Shown here in pieces: positions 56,758 through 64,000 of a stretch of DNA of 64,000 nucleotides. The notes under the pieces were generated by a model. It was given only the letters and a program-made list of their open reading frames with translations. It did not search any database and was not told the origin of the DNA. The stretch spans positions 6,562,029 through 6,626,028 of the forward strand of contig SMSO01000014.1 of assembly GCA_004764695.1 (NCBI GenBank), given 5' to 3'. The DNA comes from Schizochytrium sp. TIO01 (taxonomy: Eukaryota; Protista; Bigyra: Labyrinthulomycetes). Position 1 is the first letter of the stretch; every line of letters begins with the position of its first letter. Position numbers and translations under genes: made by a program.

Positions 56758-58345
56758 TTAAATCTTATCAGCAACAAATCGTCGGAAGAGTTCTTCATCA
56801 CGGCGTAGAATCTCTGTGAGGGGACCAAAGACACGAACAAATCGATCGCGCTCTATTACGAGGGCATTCACGACAGTTTCGGCAACTACCGAAGCTGCGC
56901 GTGGACGATCGGTAATAAGGGAAATCTCTCCAAACCAATTCCCAACACCAAAGTGCGTAATAACCGAGCCAGGGTCTGAAGGAGATAGTCGTTGTTCGCA
57001 GCGCGATGTTCCTTCTAAAATGACAAACATTCCGTCAGAAGGTGCATGTTGCCGAACCAAGGTCTCGCCTGGTTGGAAAGACCTTGCTATAGGCAACATC
57101 GATTGAGAGACGCAATACCTCAACCTCACTTAGAATGTTCTCTGCGAACAGAGGGACATTACGTAGAGCCTTACAATTTTCAATCGTGCGAGTGTTTTCC
57201 TGAAAGTCTTGTAGTAAGCGCTTGTAAACTTGCGACTCTATAGAAACGAGGTGAGCTTCTTCAGATGTGACTGTAACTGTGCATATAGCCTTTGTTGCGT
57301 GCAAGAGCATTGCGTGGCCAAAACAAGTTGCAGGTTTGACAGTGATGATGCGATTATCATGCATTTCCAGTTTGCAGTCACCAGATGCAAGCACAAATAA
57401 CTCTTGACATGGCTGGCCTTGCTGGCAAACCACATTATTTTGCAAATATTTCTTTACACGGAAACCTTGACAAATGGCTTCTCTCTGTTCTTTATCCAGT
57501 TGCGCAAAGAAAAAATCCTTTTCTAGAGCATCGTGTAGAATCTTTTTCTGTTCATTTGATGGTAAACTGTTTGATGAACTATCTTGAGAAACATTAGATA
57601 TGTTTGCTTCAGGAGTGTGCGCACAAAGAGCTCCTCGACGACGAAAGAGTTCCCCCTCGTACTTCTGCTCCTTCGGCGCAGGCGAAGGCTTTTTGGATAC
57701 ATCGGTTGAGTTTTTACTCGATTCATTACGTTTAGTTCCGTCTACCTTTTTCTCTTCATCATCGTCATCAACGTTTGGGATCGTGGAAATAGCCGCTAAT
57801 CCTGTAAGCGGAATCCCCCCACCAACAAGATTTGCAGCGGTAGGGAACGTCTTCGCAAAAGAAGACTCTCTTGCTTGGTCCGGAAACTGTGCAAAAAGAT
57901 AGTCCACGATGTACTTTACAGGGTTGTCGGGGGTGTCGACAAGCATTTCCTCAACTAGCTCTTCAAAAAGACTATCCAGTCGCATTTGTATGAGGTATCT
58001 AATATTGATGTTCAAAGTGCCACATTCAATTTTCGAAATACAGAGTCAGTAAAATGTCAAGCAGGGGCTCATGAAATCAGAATATCTGCAGAAAAAGACG
58101 TGCAAAGAAGGCTAGCTTTTCTACACATTAAGGTGGACTTACTCTTGCAATTGAGACTCTTCAACTCGAAAAATTTTAGCTTCTTCTTCAGGGTCTAGCA
58201 CCGAGATGGCATCCTCTTCGTCTTCCTCATCCTCATAGCTTTCTTCTCGGGTTGAAGACTGGGTATCTGACTTCTTGCTGATTGAACCACGCCTCTCTCC
58301 ACTGTTCTTGTTACCAGCCCTTGATTCAGGCACTGGAGTACTCAT
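56758..58345 (-). CDS. cAMP-dependent protein kinase regulatory subunit-like (D/D domain, RRGA inhibitor site, two cNMP domains); exons 58345-58143 and 57998-56758; one frameshift at ~57075-57079
   Basis: GTAAGT donor and TAG acceptor give EESQLQE-YLIQMRLDSLFEELVEEML..PDNPVKYIVDYL. RRRGALCA. Domain B cassette FGEISLITDRPRAASV lies in a shifted frame. Confidence 0.85.
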
Positions 58346-59020
58346 CGTGCCGATCGAACAATCCGTCCTGGCGTCTTCCACGTCCTCAAACAGCACACCC
58401 ACTATGTACTATGCTCTACGCCACCCTTGGCCTTGACTCCCCGGCGAAGTTTTGTTTGAAGTGTCGGCAATCTCAGACGTGATGCAATTGAAGAACGTCG
58501 AAGCTTGGTATCCCAACTGACGTAACGGGTCAAATTTAATTTTGGACCAAGTCCTACTAAGAGTATACTATTCCCGCTAGGCCTGCTGCTACTACTACTA
58601 CTACCGCTACTACTGCTCACAATGCTCATGACAAGGTTCCCGATTTGTTAAGCAATGCAAAGTAATGAATAGACTCTTCGCAAATGTAAATGAACAATGT
58701 ATCATGCAAGCCTTTCAAAGCTTGTCATAAAGAGAAGAATAAATTGATTCAGCAAACAGAAATGGTTCACATTCTAAATGTGAAGAGGAATTGATACTTG
58801 GCAAATGAGTAAAAAGCGCCAGGAAAGTCCCAAAGTAAGCATAACAGAAGTACATGTAATTATCTAATTGCAACACAACCTAAAGAATAGGAGTTAACAG
58901 CATACAGAAAATGAATTGGACTTTAGAACAGAAATACCGTCGAAAATATCAGAAGGGGTAATGACGACTAAAGAATTTATCAATGCCGAGGAGACAAACT
59001 GCCCCGAGTTCAGCGTGGAA

Positions 59021-59506
59021 TCAGACGCGTTTATATGGGTTACAACATAGGTCGCAACGATCATAGCAATCACAACATGCTTCTTTGGAAATAAACATGC
59101 AGTCCCGAGTACAGTGGCCAATGGGTGTAAAAATGTAATCATAAACGAAGAAGATTGGTGGAGCTAGCACACGCCGCCAGGTCCATCGAAAGCAGGAGAA
59201 TACTTTCGGCAAGATATAATACAAAGCTACTAGACCCAGGATACCTCCAATGACAATGAGAACGATCATAAGAGTGTCCAGTCCGCCTCGCCTTCGACTA
59301 TGGATGTCTATTGTATCTCCATTACGAATTCCATTCTGAGCCAATGTGAGATGTGAGCGAAGAGGCCTGCCATTGCATGTGAAAAAAAGGTCAGGTTGGG
59401 AATTATGGGTCCTAGGCAGAAGAGAGTCTACGCAATCTGACACAAGAGACGGCTGCGAGCAGAAAAGTTTCCCTTTCTCATCTCGCACCCACACGTTTAC
59501 AGACAT
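59021..59506 (-). CDS. Ubiquitin-like domain ending RRRGG fused to a TM helix and a Cys-rich tail
   Basis: LFFTCNGRPL..HLTLAQNGIRNGDTIDIHSRRRGG, then LMIVLIVIGGILGLVALYYIL, then ACCDCYDRCDLCCNP. Confidence 0.75.
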   Translation of the reverse strand: MSVNVWVRDEKGKLFCSQPSLVSDCVDSLLPRTHNSQPDLFFTCNGRPLRSHLTLAQNGIRNGDTIDIHSRRRGGLDTLMIVLIVIGGILGLVALYYILPKVFSCFRWTWRRVLAPPIFFVYDYIFTPIGHCTRDCMFISKEACCDCYDRCDLCCNPYKRV

Positions 59507-61159
59507 TCTATGTTCCTGTTATCCGACGTAAACGCTGCCGGCGATTTTAGATTAAATCTAGGTGTTGTATCAAGGTGATGTTGTATGTTAACTGAAAAGA
59601 CTTCGTAAGATTTAGCCAAGGTTTGGTCCTTACATAGGTTTGACAACCTTTTTATTATAGTGGAATCACGTTGATTAAATCCTTGTGCAGGAAAGCACAG
59701 TCCACTCCTAGATCTATCAGGAAACTGGCTTTTAGATAAAATACACCCACGCCCACCACGAAACTAAACAATCGATAATCTCCACCGTTTCTAAGCTCAC
59801 AAAGTATATTTGTTAGGGTTTGTTGAACCTTCTCGGCGTCCAGGTCCTCCAGAGGCCCTGCACAAAGATCCAACTCCAAAGCTCGTCTTACAGCTCCGTT
59901 CCAAAGCGAAGCCGTTTTCTCGAGAAACTAGTTGCTTCCTGTAGCCTCCACGAGAGCAAGCTAGTTTGCCACCAATACCCACCGCGCCAGTGAGGACTGA
60001 GAAGGCGGTCCTGGCCTCCAAAGTTTCCTAATTGCTTGCTCTTGATTGTTTGCTTGTTCTTGTACTATATAACTAAAAGAACATAGTGCCGACCTATCTG
60101 GTAGTAGCAAACAGCTTCTTGCCTAAAACCTCTCTCTGGCTTGGTTTATTTTACTTTGGCATTCGTATAAACCATTTGCAACTCTACCTTATAGTGAATT
60201 ATAGAAGGAAAACTCCCTTTGATTCTCTTCGTGAAACATCAACAATCGTCTTTTCTGTCGAGATTAGAATAGACCATTTTCACGGTGGTGATGGCTTCAG
60301 TAGGGTACACTATAGTACAGATATTGAAAACAAAAATAACCCACTTTAAAGAAGGTGGTTGGGAGAAAGGGGTCTAAATTAAAAGAGGTCTAATCTGCGT
60401 TCAAACGGCGACTATCGATGGAAGATCAACAATCAATCCTCGATCGACGATCGCCGCGCGAGCGCAGGCCGCGGGGGCGCCGTGAGAGCTCGGCGGCGCG
60501 ATACGGGTTGGCAATTGCCGTGTCGAATTCGCCGGCGCTGGCACCGTGCCGGCGGCTGGCAACGGCGCACGTCGCTCACCCGGCGATTTATCCATCCATT
60601 CATTCGACGATTGTTTCATCCATTTAGTTTCTTTCGCTCTTGCTCGTTCCTTTTTTCCTTTCTCTAAGCTCGTGTTCCCGCAGAGCTACCAGAGCACATT
60701 GCACAGAGCAATCTTGGAGCACGACATAGAGGGGTTCGATTTGGAGAGTCACTCAATTCTGCACCACGTAGAGAAGCTCTTTACGGTATCTTTTTGCAGA
60801 TATTTTAAGTTTTGGTGCCGCATGGGAAAAAGGGACCAACACTAATAATAAATATAGAGGAGCAGTATTTCAATCAAACATACACATCATACGACGCCAG
60901 ATTCTATCCTAGGTTCTGTTGAGCAGCGGCCGTTTGGGAAGAAGAACTTGGGAGATCTTGTGAAAAGGATCCGAGGAAGACAACGGGGTGCGAAATTATT
61001 ACGACGATTGAAAAAATTGGGCAGATTTCTTGTTTGGGAACGGCAGATTATATATAGATTTTTAGCATTTTCAGGCAGACACAGATTTGCCCACCTGAGT
61101 AAGGAATCTGAGAGCGGTGGGTCAACAAGACACTTAAAAGTTAGTGCAGTGCACAGAAA

Positions 61160-64000
61160 ATGGCAGGGCCTGATGCAGATAGGCCTGCATCAAGACCCGG
61201 GCCCGCATCTGCAATTCATGGAGCAAGTGGAGGAGGGCCTCCCTCCCACCCTACAAGCATGATGAAAAAGGGATCCTCATCTAGCAGCAGCAAATCAAAC
61301 CCCGTGATGCAACCCCGTGTATCACTTGCTCAGCCAGTTAGGGCAAGGCCAATGCCAATGCCAATGCCAATGCCAGCACAGAGTTTGGGAACAACCCATT
61401 CGAGGAAGAAGGCGTCAACGATGACAACTTCGACAACTACATTAACCGGGCCTAAATCGTCCAAATCTTCAGGCACTGCTACCTCGTCGAATGGGGCGAC
61501 TTCTCAAGCAGCTGGGGCAAAACGAAAGCGACAAGAAAAAAAACCAGTGTCAGCAGCAGTTGCTCGGCAACGTAAAATAAATGCTCGGCTGCTGGACTTT
61601 CTAAACAAACAAAAGGCACTCATGAAACAACGGGAACAACAAGTGGCGCGACTTTCCTCTGCACGCTCAAAGCTTGGCACAAGTATGGCTGTGCAGGCCG
61701 AAGCTCCTCGTACAAGGTCACACTGGGATTGTGTGCTTGAAGAAATGATGTGGATGGCAACGGATTATATTGAAGAACGCAAATACAAAACAAGTGCAGC
61801 TGCCCGCCTAGCGTATTCTGCAAAGATCCAACATTCTGAACGCGTCATCAATAAAGAGCAAAAGGCAAAACGTTTGGAGGAAGAGCACAAATCAATTAGT
61901 GAGCTTGTGGCTAAACATGTAGGCCGCTATTGGGAAACCACTGTTGCGAAACAGCAACTAATGCAGCAACGCGAAGCACAACGGCAATTGCAAGTACAGC
62001 TGCACGTGCAGCTGCAGCAACAATTTCAGCAGAAACGCCGATCAAAGAGCGCAAGCACAAGTGATGCTGCTACGCACGCATTTGCACCTGAACGCATTGA
62101 GAAACTTGAAGCGTTGGGCCCTCACGGAGCAATGGCATTGGATGTATTGCGAGCCGAAGCCGAAACTGAGTTAGACGAGGGTCTTTCAAAACTTGTGCAA
62201 CGAGAATTGCAAGTGGAAACCCTAGCCCGCCATCGCCATGCAGCAGCATTAGCATTGGCAGATAAACATGAATTGCGCCATGGATCATGGCGCAAATACT
62301 GGGCAATTAGCGACCAAGATGACAATAACAACATTAGCGAAACTGATGAAGATCTAGAGGTAGCTGCAGTGGCAGAAGAGGAGGAGGAAGAAGAAGATGA
62401 TACCTTTGATAAAGCTGGCAAGTCTAGCAAGCCAAAGCAAACGCCACGCAAACGAGGTTCTACCAAAACTGTCTCGAAAGAAAGTGACAATGAGTCTGAA
62501 CAGGCCATGGAAGTTGATGGGTCCGACGAAGAGGACAAGAATAGCGACGAAGACGGAGACGAGGAAGCGGATGATGACAGTGAGGAAGAGGTTACACAGG
62601 CAGAGCAGAACCTGCTGAAACTCATGTCTAATGATGATGATGATGACGATGATGAAACCTACTCATTGGAGGAAGAAGCCCAAGAGCTTTTGGACCTTGA
62701 CGAAGAGGAGGTTGCCGAACACCGACGCCTTTTTCCTGAGGGTGAATACCAGGGAACCACAGAGCGGATGATATTGACTCAAGATATGGAGCGTTCTGTC
62801 GAAGAAGTTGTACAAGAGATGCTAAGCCGACCTGCAAATCGATCAAGTCAAAATATGCGTCACCGTCTTGGCACCGAACAAGTGGACGCTGCTGACGAGG
62901 AGCAAGATGATGAGGAGGAAGAAGAGAAGAAAAAGGTCGAGGATAAGAAGAAGGCAACAGAAGACGAGGAACAAGAAGAAGAAGAGGAGCAAGAAGAAAT
63001 TGAAACCAAACGGCCCAGGGTAAGCGCACGAACTCGTGCTCGTAAGGGAAACACCAGGGATAAGGAAAAAGAAAAGGTGAAGGAGAAGGAGAAAGAGAAG
63101 GAGAAGGAGAAGGAGAAGGAGCGCGAGGAAGTTGTGGAGGACATAGAGCCTGATGAGGATGAGGAAAACATGAAGCTTTTGACCTCAAATCTGCCAGTGA
63201 TTCCACAAAAGGATCTCACTGCTCGAGTTAAAGCATATGCTACCCTTGCTCGCACTGTGCGCGCCGCTTGTGATGCACGCAGTGGGGAGTCTCTTGCAAG
63301 GGTTCCACCACGCCTAGTACCAGCTTCCGCTCTACAATCATTCTATCCTCATCAAGAAACCGCCCTGGATTGGTTAGCATCAATGCATAAGCGGCACTTG
63401 AGCGCAGTTCTTGCTGACGAACGTGGCTTGGGCAAGGAAGTTGTAGTTGCTCACTTCCTTGCTTTGCTTGCAGGTGAAGCCGGCCAATGGGGTCCTCATC
63501 TTATTGTCACAACTCCACAACGCGCGTTCCAATGGCGTCTGCTTCTTTTACAAAATTGTCCTGCGCTTCGGGTCTCACGCAAACTCCCGAATAAGTCTGA
63601 CTTTGCGTCTGTGCCCAATGTCCTTATTCTAACGCAAGAAGAGACGGCTACGCAAGAGGAGGTTCTTCGCCGTCAAACGTGGTATACCATTGTGTGGGAT
63701 CTAGTAGACACCTCGAAGTTACAAGTTGCGAGTTCACAAGACAACAATAGCAATGGGCAACCGGAGGACGATGACGACGACGAAGAAGAAGATGCGATTG
63801 GAGAGCCTGAACCCGAAGTTGTTGTGCGCAGCCTTCCGCTATTGCGCTGTAAGTCGCGCATTGTTGTAAGTGCAAGTGAGGCAGACACGAAGGCCAACGC
63901 AACGAATATTGCCTTTTTCCTCATACCATTTGTTTTTCTTGGCAGCTCAAGTAAAGTTCGACAATGGGCTTCAAAGAAATCTGCAAACTCATGGCGGGAT
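61160..64000 (+). CDS. HSA-domain + SNF2-family (SWR1/EP400/PIE1-like) protein, partial (runs off the window), ATPase motifs degenerate
   Basis: Frame opens at ATG 61160 and is absent from the track, consistent with no stop in the window. HSA: RSHWDCVLEEMMWMATDYIEERKYK. SNF2: YPHQETALDWLASMH..LADERGLGKE..WGPHLIV. Confidence 0.88.
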   Translation, partial: MAGPDADRPASRPGPASAIHGASGGGPPSHPTSMMKKGSSSSSSKSNPVMQPRVSLAQPVRARPMPMPMPMPAQSLGTTHSRKKASTMTTSTTTLTGPKSSKSSGTATSSNGATSQAAGAKRKRQEKKPVSAAVARQRKINARLLDFLNKQKALMKQREQQVARLSSARSKLGTSMAVQAEAPRTRSHWDCVLEEMMWMATDYIEERKYKTSAAARLAYSAKIQHSERVINKEQKAKRLEEEHKSISELVAKHVGRYWETTVAKQQLMQQREAQRQLQVQLHVQLQQQFQQKRRSKSASTSDAATHAFAPERIEKLEALGPHGAMALDVLRAEAETELDEGLSKLVQRELQVETLARHRHAAALALADKHELRHGSWRKYWAISDQDDNNNISETDEDLEVAAVAEEEEEEEDDTFDKAGKSSKPKQTPRKRGSTKTVSKESDNESEQAMEVDGSDEEDKNSDEDGDEEADDDSEEEVTQAEQNLLKLMSNDDDDDDDETYSLEEEAQELLDLDEEEVAEHRRLFPEGEYQGTTERMILTQDMERSVEEVVQEMLSRPANRSSQNMRHRLGTEQVDAADEEQDDEEEEEKKKVEDKKKATEDEEQEEEEEQEEIETKRPRVSARTRARKGNTRDKEKEKVKEKEKEKEKEKEKEREEVVEDIEPDEDEENMKLLTSNLPVIPQKDLTARVKAYATLARTVRAACDARSGESLARVPPRLVPASALQSFYPHQETALDWLASMHKRHLSAVLADERGLGKEVVVAHFLALLAGEAGQWGPHLIVTTPQRAFQWRLLLLQNCPALRVSRKLPNKSDFASVPNVLILTQEETATQEEVLRRQTWYTIVWDLVDTSKLQVASSQDNNSNGQPEDDDDDEEEDAIGEPEPEVVVRSLPLLRCKSRIVVSASEADTKANATNIAFFLIPFVFLGSSSKVRQWASKKSANSWRD

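Noticed and set aside
59655-60021. Two short overlapping minus-strand ORFs that might be a small or frameshifted gene
   Set aside because: Non-ATG starts, under 80 aa and no motif I can support
551-63924. Long antisense ORFs opposite acidic/low-complexity genes (e.g. 551-1360, 37296-37910, 50689-51396, 62122-63255)
   Set aside because: Expected shadows of biased codon usage; Ser/Phe/Leu-rich with no domain signal
1-64000. CRISPR arrays, tRNA/rRNA genes, transposase or reverse-transcriptase ORFs
   Set aside because: None recognised by eye; the repeats present are microsatellites or coding repeats. tRNAscan-SE, Rfam and RepeatModeler would be needed to exclude small or decayed elements.

Overview
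Eukaryotic, intron-poor, gene-dense nuclear DNA. It has GT-AG spliceosomal introns, a flagellar DRC12-like gene and a eukaryotic SECIS. The style suggests a stramenopile protist, possibly a thraustochytrid/labyrinthulomycete (inference only). Conserved housekeeping genes lie at ~0.6-4.7 kb and ~27.9-64 kb: class I HDAC, glucosidase II beta-like, Nma111/DEG7 protease, Nudix, CCDC153, MFSD8, Siw14-like, DDX47, MRPL12, PKA-R-like and an HSA/SNF2 protein. Between them is a ~22 kb accessory-looking island. It holds three divergent paralogs of a ~330-340 aa family I do not recognise (CxxC..H motif, highly conserved Trp-rich C-terminal module), a membrane-anchored BAHD acyltransferase, a decayed TPR fragment, and two tandem proteins built as N-terminal helical bundle + pseudokinase + SAM array, reminiscent of MLKL. 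Signals the ORF track misses: a UGA-recoded selenoprotein (UxxC, AhpC/TSA-like) with a well-formed type II SECIS, two single-base frameshifts inside otherwise intact genes, a stand-alone protein with KIKL and BRD4-CTD-like motifs, and an apparently catalytically dead SWR1/EP400-type ATPase. All family assignments come from motif recognition by eye; no searches were run.
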